Source of the DNA: Calditrichota bacterium
Lineage (GTDB): Bacteria > Calditrichota > Calditrichia > Calditrichales > J004
Length of the DNA: 33,015 nt
Reading direction: 5' to 3'
Assembly: GCA_024277115.1 (NCBI GenBank)
Contig: JAJRVW010000056.1
Location: forward strand, 1-33,015
Positions 8,786-18,804 of the stretch are shown here, one piece after another (the stretch's first letter is position 1; each line of letters starts with the position of its first letter). The position numbers and the translations under genes are program-made. The notes under the pieces were generated by a model. The model ran no database searches. It was not told where the DNA came from and saw only the letters and a list, made by a program, of their open reading frames with translations.

Positions 8786-11446
8786 ATGCGCGTTGCCTGT
8801 CTACTTCATGTCTATTTTATCATAATTATTTCCACTTTACTTTTTGCAAACAACAAAGACAACCCACCCGATAAAATTACCGCCATACAAACACACCAAG
8901 AAATTACAATAGATGGCCTTCTTAATGAAACAATCTGGAAAGAAAATAAAGGGATATCCTATTTTAAGCAACGTAACCCGATTGAAGGCAGCGATCCAAC
9001 CCAAAAAACAATTGTTTACATTGCCTACGATGATAAATATTTGTACATCGCAGCGCATCTTTATGATAGCAGTCCGGATTCTATTGTGGCAAGGCTCGGC
9101 CGTAAAGACGAAAAGATCGATACGGATTTATTTGGGGTTTTTATCGATCCCTACCACGATAAGCGTAGCGGCTTTTATTTTGGTTTAAGCGCGGCCGGTA
9201 CCTATTACGATGGCGTCCTCTTTAATGATGATTGGGACGATGACTCGTGGGATGGCGTTTGGATTGGCGAGGCAAAAATAAACAGCGAAGGATGGAGTGT
9301 GGAAATGCGTATTCCTTTTTCCCAATTACGTTTTAAAGAGGAAAAACACCCGGTTTGGGGCATTAACTTTAGACGGGATATTAACCGAAACGGCGAAGAG
9401 GTTTTCTTAACGTATACACCCAAAAACGAAAGTGGATTTGTGTCACGTTTTACTGATTTGGTTGGCCTGGAAGGTATAAAGCCCTCAAAAAACATTCAAT
9501 TTCTGCCCTATGTTCGCGCAAAGTCCGAGCATATTCAAACACAAAAAGGCAATCCATTTAATGATGGATCGCGCCAGCAATTTGGCTTTGGGGCCGATTT
9601 TAAATATGGCATTACCAGCAATATAACCTTAGACGGAACAATTAATCCCGATTTTGGCCAGGTAGAGGTTGACCCGGCCGTAATCAACCTAAGTGACTTT
9701 GAAACATTTTTTTCCGAACGCAGGCCGTTTTTTATTGAGGGCGCTTCCATTTTCCGGTTTGGGCGTGGCGGCTCCAACAGCAATTGGGGCTTTAACTGGG
9801 GCGATCCCAGCTTTTTTTATAGCCGGCGTATCGGCAAGGCGCCCACAGGTCCCAGGCCAAACTCCACAGAGTTTTTTGACAGGCCCGATGGTTCAAGAAT
9901 ATTAGGCGCAGGAAAAATTACCGGTAAAATTGGCGACGGCTGGAATGTCGGGCTGGTTACAGCAGTCACCGATCGGGAGTTCGCCGATGTTCAGTACCAG
10001 GACGGGAAGCGTGGTAAATATGAAGTTGAACCCCTTACATCCTACAATGTTTTACGTGTTCAAAAAGAATTTAACGAAGGCAGACAAGGGCTTGGCTTAA
10101 TTTCGACCGCAGCAATCCGTAAATTTAAAAACGATGCACTTCGTGATTATATAAACAGTGAGGCCTATTCCTTTGGTTTGGATGGCTGGACATTTCTTGA
10201 CAAAAACAAAACCTGGGTAATTAACGGTTACACAGGGTTTAGCAGCGTTCATGGCAATAAAGTCAAAATTACAGACCTGCAAAGGGACCCACGCCACCGC
10301 TTTCAAAGGCCCGATTTTAAATACGCCACTTTTGATACAAATGCAACGTCGCTCAACGGTTATGCAGGCAGGTTTGCCATCAATAAACAAAAAGGAAACT
10401 GGATATTTAACAGCGCCCTTGGCTTTATTGACCCCGGGTTTGATACAAATGATTTGGGGTTCTTGTGGCGTACAAACCTGGTAAACGCACATATCGCCGG
10501 TGGCTACAAATGGACCGAACCCGACGAATATTTTAGGCAAATTACCATTATCGGCTCTGCGTTTGGGTCACAGGATTTTGATGGCAATAATATTGGGCAA
10601 GGGCTCTGGTTTAATGCCCGTTTTACCACTTTAAGCTATAATTATTTCGGTTTGGGCGGCTCTTATAACCCCGCATCTAAAAATATAAACCGGACTCGTG
10701 GCGGCCCCATCACATTAAATAAAGCAGGTATAGTTTTCTTCTCCTGGGTTGGGACAGATAGCCGCAAAGACATCTCTGCCAACCTCTCGGCAGATTTATA
10801 TAATGGCGAATCCGGCTCCAAAAGCTATGGCCTAAACCTTGATATTAACTGGAAACCATCTGATAATTTCAGTTTGTCTTTATCGCCGGGCTTTAACTGG
10901 AACTTCCCCGATGTGCAATGGGTAGGCGCCTTTTCCGATTCCGGTGCAACGCGCACTTATGGCACACGCTACGTTTTTGGGGAAATGCGCCAAATTACAT
11001 TTTCTTCAAGCTTTCGCGCCAACTGGACCTTCTCGCCAGTTTTGAGTTTACAGGTTTATGTACAGCCCTTAATCAGCAGCGGAAATTATTCCCATTTTAA
11101 ATACCTTGCCCGTGGCAATAGCTATGACTTTAGGGAGTTTGGAGGAGGCAGTTCGTCCCTTGGTTTTGAAAATGGGTTTTATAGTGGCAACGCGGACGGT
11201 GATGGACCTGCAGAATCATTATCCTGGTATAACCCGGATTTTACAATTACCTCTTTACGGGGCAATGCCGTGCTTCGCTGGGAATATTTACCCGGATCGA
11301 CTTTCTTTTTAGTATGGACACAAAGCCGGTTTGGATATGAAAATATTGGGGACATACGTTTCAATAAACCATTTCCGGACCGCTTTTTAAACAATCAGCC
11401 GGATAATATATTTTTAGCAAAACTGACCTATTGGCTGGGTATTTAA
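8786..11446 (+). CDS. Secreted/outer-membrane DUF5916-like protein with an N-terminal CBM9-like carbohydrate-binding domain
   Basis: It has a signal peptide. The N-terminal module (IDGLLNETIWKE...YLYIAAHLYD...GVFIDPYHDKRSGFYFG) looks like a CBM9-like domain. The remaining ~650 aa is Gly/Asn/aromatic-rich and beta-barrel-like. Family assignment is from memory. Confidence 0.5.
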   Translation: MRVACLLHVYFIIIISTLLFANNKDNPPDKITAIQTHQEITIDGLLNETIWKENKGISYFKQRNPIEGSDPTQKTIVYIAYDDKYLYIAAHLYDSSPDSIVARLGRKDEKIDTDLFGVFIDPYHDKRSGFYFGLSAAGTYYDGVLFNDDWDDDSWDGVWIGEAKINSEGWSVEMRIPFSQLRFKEEKHPVWGINFRRDINRNGEEVFLTYTPKNESGFVSRFTDLVGLEGIKPSKNIQFLPYVRAKSEHIQTQKGNPFNDGSRQQFGFGADFKYGITSNITLDGTINPDFGQVEVDPAVINLSDFETFFSERRPFFIEGASIFRFGRGGSNSNWGFNWGDPSFFYSRRIGKAPTGPRPNSTEFFDRPDGSRILGAGKITGKIGDGWNVGLVTAVTDREFADVQYQDGKRGKYEVEPLTSYNVLRVQKEFNEGRQGLGLISTAAIRKFKNDALRDYINSEAYSFGLDGWTFLDKNKTWVINGYTGFSSVHGNKVKITDLQRDPRHRFQRPDFKYATFDTNATSLNGYAGRFAINKQKGNWIFNSALGFIDPGFDTNDLGFLWRTNLVNAHIAGGYKWTEPDEYFRQITIIGSAFGSQDFDGNNIGQGLWFNARFTTLSYNYFGLGGSYNPASKNINRTRGGPITLNKAGIVFFSWVGTDSRKDISANLSADLYNGESGSKSYGLNLDINWKPSDNFSLSLSPGFNWNFPDVQWVGAFSDSGATRTYGTRYVFGEMRQITFSSSFRANWTFSPVLSLQVYVQPLISSGNYSHFKYLARGNSYDFREFGGGSSSLGFENGFYSGNADGDGPAESLSWYNPDFTITSLRGNAVLRWEYLPGSTFFLVWTQSRFGYENIGDIRFNKPFPDRFLNNQPDNIFLAKLTYWLGI

Positions 11447-11633
11447 CCTGTCTGCTTTTCTTAATAAGAGCGTTTGTAAAAAGATACCATGAGAATAGGT
11501 TAAAATAAAAAAACACCCCTCGTTTCCGCTCATCTTGAAGCATATCTTCTTCGAGGTAAGCGTAGATGAACCATTCTTCGGATTGAATGATAGTTAAAAA
11601 AACTGCATCACCTCGATAAATTGAACGGCTTTT

Positions 11634-12428
11634 TTATTCTAAAATATCAACCAAATCGCCAACATTTATATGGCCATTATTATGATGAATCATATTTTGG
11701 CGAAACATAACCCCACCTTTTGGCGAAACCCGGTAGGTGGCTAAAGTGGCAAGAGGTTCTTTTGCCGTCTCCAACGAAACCTGGTCAATGGTGGTAATTA
11801 CACAACGCACACACGGTTTAACAATCTCAAAAACAACATCCCCGATTTTAATCTTCCGCCAACCATCTTCATCAAAAGCAGCGCAGCCTTCCACTACAAT
11901 ATTGGGCCGGAAACGGTTCATCGTGATAGGATTTTTTAACCGGCCATTCAAGTCATCCAAAGATTCCTGGGAAATCAACAAAAATGGAAACCCATCGGCG
12001 AATCCTGTTTGGTTGTTTTCTGTGAGCGCGAATTCCGGGCCCAGCTTTCTTTTAGACGTTTTAGAAAGCATCACAAGCCGGGCTGATGTTCCCAGGAAAT
12101 TAGAAAGCCAGTCCGAGACTTCTTTTCCCTGATCGATGGCCTGGCACCTATCTTTCCAGACGGTTACATCAAGTCCGGCGCCATAATCCAAAAAACTTAA
12201 CGAAACAGCATTCATCCCTGGTGCGGTAAGTGTTAATCCCTGCCCGGAAAGCACTGGTTTTATTAAGGCCATTTTACGATTTTTTCTTTGGCTCATAAAA
12301 ACATTGTCTTTATCAACCAGCATAAAAATCCGGTCGTTTAAAATCCCGCGGTTAGAAATGTGCGCGCTGTCCAGCTCAACTCCGGCACAAGATTTCACCG
12401 GATAATAATGCAATGATTTTACTATCAT
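11634..12428 (-). CDS. MOSC domain-containing protein (YcbX-like)
   Basis: An N-terminal MOSC_N beta-barrel (IVKSLHYYPVKSCAG) is followed by the conserved MOSC Cys region FRPNIVVEG...VKPCVRCVITTIDQ. Confidence 0.75.
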   Translation of the reverse strand: MIVKSLHYYPVKSCAGVELDSAHISNRGILNDRIFMLVDKDNVFMSQRKNRKMALIKPVLSGQGLTLTAPGMNAVSLSFLDYGAGLDVTVWKDRCQAIDQGKEVSDWLSNFLGTSARLVMLSKTSKRKLGPEFALTENNQTGFADGFPFLLISQESLDDLNGRLKNPITMNRFRPNIVVEGCAAFDEDGWRKIKIGDVVFEIVKPCVRCVITTIDQVSLETAKEPLATLATYRVSPKGGVMFRQNMIHHNNGHINVGDLVDILE

Positions 12429-12578
12429 TGATATGCCCTTTACACAATTTGGTTAATGGTTTAAGATTGTAAATTAGGAAACCTATTGATTAAATTCAGA
12501 TCACTTGTTACCTTTTGTGGATATAATCATATAACATTAAAAAATAACTGAAACAAATAAAATAAATGAGGATACAAA

Positions 12579-13178
12579 ATGAGTGTTTTAACAGCAAAAG
12601 AAGCCCCGGATTTTACAGCTTCGGCAGTAATGCCAAATAATACCATCGTAGATGATTTTAAACTTTCCAGCCTGCGCGGCAAGCCTGTTGTCCTGTTTTT
12701 CTGGCCATTGGATTTTACATTTGTCTGCCCAACAGAAATCATCGCCCATGACCATCGCCTTGAAGAGTTTAAAAAACGCGGTGTTGAAGTGGTAGGCGTT
12801 TCGATTGATTCACAGTTTACGCATTTTGCATGGAAAAATACCGAAATTAAAGCCGGTGGTATTGGTGATGTGCAGTTCCCGATTGTTGCCGACGTAACAC
12901 ACGAAATCACTCAGGCTTATGGTGTTGAACACCCCGATGGCGTTGCCATGCGTGCTTCCTTTTTGATTGATAAGGACGGCATCGTCCAGCATCAGGTTGT
13001 AAACAATTTGCCCCTTGGCCGTAATGTGGACGAAATGATCCGCATGGTCGATGCCATGCAGTTTCATGAAGAGCATGGCGAGGTTTGCCCGGCCGGATGG
13101 ACAAAAGGCGACAGCGGCATGAAAGACACAGCCGATGGCGTAGCAAATTATCTTTCTGAAAATGCTGAAAAATTATAA
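12579..13178 (+). CDS. ahpC: Typical 2-Cys peroxiredoxin (AhpC/Tsa family)
   Basis: Peroxidatic Cys motif FTFVCPTEI and resolving Cys EVCPAGW; 199 aa. Confidence 0.9.
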   Translation: MSVLTAKEAPDFTASAVMPNNTIVDDFKLSSLRGKPVVLFFWPLDFTFVCPTEIIAHDHRLEEFKKRGVEVVGVSIDSQFTHFAWKNTEIKAGGIGDVQFPIVADVTHEITQAYGVEHPDGVAMRASFLIDKDGIVQHQVVNNLPLGRNVDEMIRMVDAMQFHEEHGEVCPAGWTKGDSGMKDTADGVANYLSENAEKL

Positions 13179-13202
13179 ACAAGTGTTTTTAAGTTAATTA
13201 AT

Positions 13203-13233
13203 AAGGCTGTCAGGTTCTGGCAGCCTTTTTTTA
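13203..13233 (+). terminator. Rho-independent terminator after ahpC
   Basis: Stem aaggctgtcag / ctggcagcctt (one mismatch) is followed by a T-run at 13226-13232. Confidence 0.6.
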
Positions 13234-13241
13234 TATTTGGG

Positions 13242-13796
13242 ATGAAATCTATGGCTTCAGCTTTTGCACATGCCGTTTCGGCAATTGCTTTTAAAAATAT
13301 CTTCTTTTCTGAAAAGACAAAACGGAAGCTGCTGTTCTGGGCTGTCTTTTGTTCTATCTGGCCCGATGCCGATGTGATTGGGTTTAAATTTGGTATTGAA
13401 TATGCGCATTGGCTTGGACACCGTGGATTTACCCATTCCATTTTGTTTGGATTTTTAAGCGGGCTCATTATCGCATCACTCTTTTTTAAAGAATTGCTGC
13501 CCCATAAGAAATCGTTTTTTAAAGTTGTTCTCTTTCTCGGGCTTGTAACGGCCTCGCATGGAGTTTTGGATGCGATGACTACGGGTGGATTGGGAATCGC
13601 TTTCTTTGCCCCTTTTGACAATACGCGTTATTTTTTTCCATTCCGCCCGATTGCTGTTTCACCGATTGGCATCGAGAGTTTTTTTTCGGAATGGGGCAAG
13701 CGTGTTTTATTAAGCGAATTGATTTGGGTCGGGATTCCATCCGTTTTGGTAATAGTTTTGGCAAAAGTGTCATATAAATTTTATAAGAAAAAATAA
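13242..13796 (+). CDS. Membrane-bound metal-dependent hydrolase, YdjM/DUF457 family
   Basis: Conserved His-rich motifs (AFAHAVS, HWLGHRGFTHS) sit between TM helices; 184 aa. In E. coli the homolog is SOS-regulated. Confidence 0.5.
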   Translation: MKSMASAFAHAVSAIAFKNIFFSEKTKRKLLFWAVFCSIWPDADVIGFKFGIEYAHWLGHRGFTHSILFGFLSGLIIASLFFKELLPHKKSFFKVVLFLGLVTASHGVLDAMTTGGLGIAFFAPFDNTRYFFPFRPIAVSPIGIESFFSEWGKRVLLSELIWVGIPSVLVIVLAKVSYKFYKKK

Positions 13797-13827
13797 CAGA
13801 AATAATCGTTTCAGAAATTTCTTTTTT

Positions 13828-14265
13828 ATGAAATTTTCCGGATTAATAATTAGTTTAGGATTGGAACCGAAAAAAACAAATTTAAATGGAGTTTTTATGT
13901 CTTTACATTTTTATAATGTGTTACACGTTGTTGGAATAATCATGTTGTTTTTAGGGATTGGCGGGGCTGTTGTCCGTAGTTTTTTGGCAAATAATTCGGG
14001 TTCAAATGTTGGGAACCTGGAACGGTTTGTTTTAATAAACCACGGTGTTGGTTTGTTGCTGGTTTTAGTTGCCGGCTTTGGACAAATGGCACGAATAGGT
14101 GCACAATTTAGCACCTGGGTTGTGGTAAAGATTATAATCTGGTTATTTTTGGCCAGCCTGGTCATGTTCATCAAAAAGAAGCCCGAACTAAAATCTGTTT
14201 GGTGGTACGGCGCTTTATTAACCGGTGGCTTTGCCGCGTACCTTGGTATTTATAAACCGTTTTAA
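13828..14265 (+). CDS. Small 4-TM membrane protein, unknown function (likely start at the internal Met near 13897)
   Basis: Four hydrophobic helices and no motifs. Confidence 0.4.
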   Translation: MKFSGLIISLGLEPKKTNLNGVFMSLHFYNVLHVVGIIMLFLGIGGAVVRSFLANNSGSNVGNLERFVLINHGVGLLLVLVAGFGQMARIGAQFSTWVVVKIIIWLFLASLVMFIKKKPELKSVWWYGALLTGGFAAYLGIYKPF

Positions 14266-14298
14266 AAGATTCAATTCAACTTCTTTTAAAACTATATA

Positions 14299-14345
14299 AA
14301 CACCTGTAGTTAAAACTACTGCTTACTACAGGTGTTTAGTTTTAA
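14299..14345. terminator. Bidirectional terminator
   Basis: Stem aacacctgtagt (14299-14310) / actacaggtgtt (14325-14336) is followed by a T-rich stretch and lies between convergent genes. Confidence 0.55.
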
Positions 14346-14351
14346 TTTACC

Positions 14352-16516
14352 CTATTTTAAAAGCAGTAATTTTTTGCGAATTATTTTCTCACCATACTTA
14401 AATATTAAAAAATATGTACCGGATGCCAATGGGGCAAAATAATCATCAACACCATCCCATACGATCGAAAATTCGTTTCTTCCGGTAAATTGGGATAAAT
14501 CTATCCGCCGCATCTTTTGACCCAAAATATTAAATATAATCAAGGTTGAATTGTCGGCATCAAATGGCTCGGCAAATGTAAATTTAATCTGGGTTGAGCT
14601 ATTAAAAGGATTTGGGGCAACGGCCAGGTTATCTAAATAAATTTTTACTTCTTTCTCTTCTTCAACATCTGTGATAACAGGATCGCTGCAATCATCACAA
14701 AGCCTAAGTGTATCTCCAGGCTCCAAAGCTAAAAAGGATGAATAAAGGGATAAAATGTGATAGTTTAAGCTGTACTCCAATATTTCTTCCACTCTGGAGT
14801 CTTCCTCATAATACCACCAATAATCCGTTTCTAAGTCGTGGATATAATTACCTGCCCAAATTTTGCTCACAACTGTATCGCTCGAAGCAATGGGATTGTT
14901 GACCTGAATTGTTTGTGCAAAAGGATTATCACCATAAAACCCTGTTATTTTCAATTCCATTGGAAATGATCCCACATATTTCCCAATCTGAAAAACAGGC
15001 CTTTTTAGATAAACCCTTCCCCGTGAAACCCCTTTTTCAATCCTTGCATAGGTAAACCCCTCTGCCATATCGGGGTAAAGATCAAAAAACGTAATAAACC
15101 CGGATAGTGAAACCACAGCATCGTTAAAATCCGGTTTATCTCATTGTATCTATAATAGCGTCTAACACTATAATATTCTCCGTCGGTTTTTTGGGTCAGG
15201 TTCTTATAAAAATATTCATTCCCCCGCGAGTATGTATTTCCAAAATAATAATATTGAAAATTTCTATTTTGGTAATCGGCCACTGAAACAGGCAACACAG
15301 TCTCCATACTATCCAATATTTCTTCTATCAGTGGATTCGCATTCTCATAATATCCCAAATATTCCGAACTGCCAAACAATAATATGGAAGCATCGTCCCC
15401 GTTATTTTTTATAAAATCAATCGCGCTTAGGAATAAAGTTGATAAGTTGTTGGAATCTTTTAACAAGTGTGTCGAATCATCATTAAAAATCCTAAAAATA
15501 TTTGTTGAATCCACGGCAAGCCAGTGGTCTGCTTTCCGGATTATTTCTTCCCCGGAAAAAAAGACATTAAAAGAATCCGCGCTGGAAAGGCTTGTCAACA
15601 TGCTTTTTCTGACATTTTGGAAAACTGTTTTACGCGTCAAGGTTGTTTTCAACGAATCGTGTTCAAGCAATACTGCCACCTTTTTATGTGGTTCTGAACT
15701 AAGGACCATTGAGGGTTGCAGCATTATTTGATAATAATTTTCTTCAGGAGTCTCATATTTGCTGACAAAAATACCGTCACGATAAGGGGACTCAAGCTGT
15801 AAATAAAAATCGGTTATTTCTTCCTGAGATAGGTGGGCCTCAAGATAAGTGTGTATCGAGTCAGACGCAGATGTAAATTTAACTTCCGGGAATTGAGGGA
15901 TAACAGGATTTTTCCATGTGCTGTTTTCATTAAAACGTAACACAAAATCCTCGATTGGCACATTGCTACCAGTAAAAATCGAAAAGGGAAAAAGACAGTT
16001 AACATTGTTTTGCCCCCAATCAACCGGTAACAAAAAATGTAACTTTACCTTTCGTGATTCCGCTCCCCGCATGGGGTATATACGTAACTCGAAGCTTTCA
16101 TTTCGGTAATTATAGCGTTTAAACAATATGGCCGGGTCTTGTTTCCTGCCTACAATTTCATTATATGTAAATGATGCTGTCCAACGGTCTACAATTAAGG
16201 CTTTACTAATAACAGAGTCACCGATCCAAAGCCATAAATCATGCATGATACTTCTATCGGGCAAATCAAAATAAAATGCGACCTCATACTGGGTTGTATC
16301 GATTAGGTTTAAGCCCGCACCGGAAAATGTTAGCTCCAGCTGAACATCAAGATAGGAATCCAAGGGGGTGATTTCTGCTACGGCAGATTCTATCGTTGCC
16401 CTGCCTTTATGCCCTCCCCACTGAGCCGGATCGGTAATTTCCATCGTACCCCAAAATTGGGCATGGGCAGTACCGATCATCAATATTATATATATGGAAT
16501 TAAAAAATAGACGCAT
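14352..16516 (-). pseudogene. T9SS-secreted protein (signal peptide + ~650 aa + Por C-terminal sorting domain) interrupted by a frameshift near 15117-15140
   Basis: ORFs 15005..16516 (N-terminal signal peptide MRLFFNSIYIILMIGTAHAQ) and 14352..15116 (T9SS CTD at its C-terminus) overlap by 112 bp in different frames. The downstream frame opens only a few codons upstream of its GTG. The likely shift is in the run cgttaaaatccggttt. Confidence 0.6.
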
Positions 16517-16601
16517 AGATCCTCCTTTGTGTAGATGTGAGGATGGGAAGCCATTTAATATACGTTAAGTATTTTCAGAAGTCCATAGAAAAAATATTTT
16601 T

Positions 16602-17823
16602 CTAACGTGTAAGCGCCGGGTTATGTAGGATGTAGCCGTGGGCATCGTTGCGGTATTTACTTTTTAGCTTTAATGTATCCGCGGGCATAACGGACATAAA
16701 ACCAAATTTTTCGCGCAGTTCATCAATGGCGCTGTTTAGCGATTCTTTTCGCGACTGCTCGTTAAATAGAAAACGTTGATAATTATTGGGCCGGATATTG
16801 GTGGCCGAAACGCCTACATGGCGGATACGGATGCGTCGTAAGGTCATGGCCTCAAAAATGGTTTGCACCATGCGGAACATTTCGGTTGAATCATTGGAAG
16901 AATGAGTAAGGCTTTTACTTTTTGCAAGCCGTGTAAAATCAGAATAGCCCAGTTTTACGCCCAGGGTTTGGCAATTAAGGTTTTCTTCGCGCAATTTACG
17001 GGCAAGGCGTTCGGTAAGATATTGCAGGCTGCCTGTAATCATTTTGCTATCGGCCGTATCTTCGGCAAAACTGGTTTCCCGGCTAATTTGTCGTGGGATT
17101 ATTTTCCTTTCTACTTCACGCTCGTCAATCCCGTTGGCCATTTTCCAGATCGCTACACCGGTTTTTCCAAAAAGCTGCTCCATAACTAATTTTGGCAAAC
17201 GCGCCAGCTCACCTACTTTAAAAATGCGCAGATCGGTTAGTTTTTCTTTGGCCATCCGCCCAATACCCGGCAGGTGGTCAACGGCCAAATCATGTAAAAA
17301 TTCTTTTTCGTGTTCCGGCGTAATGTGCATTATGCCGCGCGGCTTATGCAAACCGGAAACAATACGCGCAATCATTTTGCTACTGCCAACGCCAATTGAT
17401 ACGCTTACGCCAACACGACGGTCAACCTCATCGGCAATCATACGCGCCACATAACAGGGTGATGAGTAAATCTGTTCCGTGCCGCTCAAATCGAGATAGG
17501 CATCGTCAAGAGAAGTAAATTCCACACTGGGCGTATAATTAAGATAAACCTCCTGAAACACATCGCCCACAGCGCGGTAATGGGCATAATCGCCCTTTAG
17601 GAAAATTGCATCCGGGCCAGATGGATTTGGCCTTTACCAGCGCCATTCCGGTTTTTATGCCACGTGCACGCGCCTCATAGCTGGCCGTATGCACCACGCC
17701 ACGCTGGTCGGCAATCCCACCAACAATTACGGGTTTGTTGCGCAAGTGCGGATTAAAACCCTGTTCCACCGAAGCAAAAAAAGCGTCGGCATCTATATGC
17801 ATGATCAGTCTGTTTTTTTTCAT
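16602..17823 (-). pseudogene. dinB: Y-family DNA polymerase IV (DinB), split by a -1/+1 frameshift at ~17601-17610
   Basis: ORF 17539..17823 encodes the DinB N-terminus (IMHIDADAFFASVE...GMALVKAK). ORF 16602..17570 continues with GDVFQEVY...SLDDAYLDLSG in another frame. Reading the minus strand, ...PDAIFLKGDYAHYRAVGDVF is open in the second frame. Confidence 0.75.
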
Positions 17824-17938
17824 TTATTTTTTTGACAGGATATATGGAAAATCGTTGAATAACTGAATTGGTGAAGTATTACGTAAAACTGTCTTTAAAA
17901 AGTTATAACTTTGTCCAACGCCCTCCGCTTTTCTGATT

Positions 17939-18193
17939 TCATCCTTCCAGGCAGACGCGTGCAATTTGCCATTGCAGGTTGGAGTCGTCAAAAAGCAGTT
18001 CCACATAATCGGAACTATCGGCACGTAAAGAAAAATGATATTGTTTGGTGTAGCCCTGGTGGTTGACCGAATGTCCGTTCCATTGTTTTATCTTGTACAC
18101 CCGGCCGTTCCATTTAAAACGCAAGGGACGCAATTTGCCATTTTTAAAATGGGTGATAACTTCAATATCTTCAAAAATATCTTCAAATTTCAT
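17939..18193 (-). CDS. Hypothetical 84-aa protein, immediately downstream of a LexA-box-like palindrome and upstream of dinB
   Basis: ORF MKFEDIFEDIEVITHFKNGKLRPLRFKWNGRVYKIKQWNGH... with no recognisable motifs. The palindrome lies 23 bp upstream of its start. Confidence 0.45.
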   Translation of the reverse strand: MKFEDIFEDIEVITHFKNGKLRPLRFKWNGRVYKIKQWNGHSVNHQGYTKQYHFSLRADSSDYVELLFDDSNLQWQIARVCLEG

Positions 18194-18215
18194 TCCTTCA
18201 CCTCCCTGGCTTTAA

Positions 18216-18229
18216 TGTACTTTCGTACA
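18216..18229. promoter_or_regulatory. Candidate LexA operator: perfect palindrome TGTAC-tttc-GTACA
   Basis: A 14-bp perfect inverted repeat sits in the 169-bp gap between the umuD-like gene and the 84-aa ORF/dinB. GTAC/GAAC-N4-GTTC/GTAC palindromes are LexA boxes in cyanobacteria and Gram-positive bacteria. Confidence 0.4.
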
Positions 18230-18362
18230 CCTTAATGTATAAATGAAATAATTGAAGTGCAATTAAAAAAGAAAGGTTCCTGGGCAGCTAAAGCGAACGG
18301 AAGATAAATATTTTGAGAAGGAAGCTAGGTAACAATGTTTATTAACAAACCAAAACGCACTA

Positions 18363-18800
18363 CTATAATTCGCGGATTACCGTGGTTACTTTGCCAATAA
18401 TTTCAAAGCCAGGTGTTTCACGGTCGATAATAAAGGGCGAGGGTGTGCCGGAATCGGTTTCCAGGCGGATGTGTTTTTTCTCGAAGAAGATTTTGCGGAT
18501 GTATATTTTAGGCCCCAGTTTTACAACAGCAATATCCCCGTCGCTTAGGCCAATATTTAATTGCACGGTGAGAAAGTCGTTTTTAAAAATACCGGCGCCG
18601 GACAGGCCGTTATCTGCAGCACGGACATTTAGGCTTTCCTGCTCATTCTTACGCGAGTTGGTGATAATTTCACCCAAGTCATAATCCCCCTGGAAGTGGC
18701 CGTCATGCTCGATACGCACTTCACCGAACAGGGGAATATTATAAAACTCTTTATCCAGCGTTTTGGATGAACTGATTATATTTGGGCGATTGTGTTTCAT
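18363..18800 (-). CDS. UmuD-like standalone peptidase S24 domain protein
   Basis: It aligns collinearly with the C-terminal domain of the adjacent LexA (IPLFGEV.. vs VPLIGRV..; SLNVRAADNGLSGAGIF vs ALKVRGDSMINAGIF; KIYIRKIFF vs VTVKRLI, Lys retained). It is 145 aa like UmuD, starts 5 bp after the lexA stop and sits upstream of a Y-family polymerase. Confidence 0.6.
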   Translation of the reverse strand: MKHNRPNIISSSKTLDKEFYNIPLFGEVRIEHDGHFQGDYDLGEIITNSRKNEQESLNVRAADNGLSGAGIFKNDFLTVQLNIGLSDGDIAVVKLGPKIYIRKIFFEKKHIRLETDSGTPSPFIIDRETPGFEIIGKVTTVIREL

Positions 18801-18804
18801 AGTT

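Noticed and set aside
9205-10540. Several 70-147-aa ORFs on both strands inside the 886-aa DUF5916-like gene
   Set aside because: They are embedded in a long, coherent secreted-protein ORF and have no motifs or RBS context. They are spurious frame shadows.
12429-12578. PerR/OxyR-type operator upstream of ahpC (ATATAATCATATAAC)
   Set aside because: It is a direct, not inverted, repeat and overlaps a plausible -10 element. This is insufficient to call a regulator site.
12527-13621. Four minus-strand ORFs (127, 88, 91, 157 aa) antisense to ahpC and the YdjM-like gene
   Set aside because: The plus-strand genes show full-length family motifs (peroxiredoxin Cys motifs, YdjM His motifs). The antisense ORFs are low-complexity or Arg-rich frame-shadow translations.
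17824-18024. 66-aa ORF starting exactly at the dinB start coordinate and overlapping orf84
   Set aside because: It overlaps the better-supported 84-aa ORF in another frame and has no recognisable features. The region 17824-17938 is more plausibly the dinB promoter/intergenic spacer.
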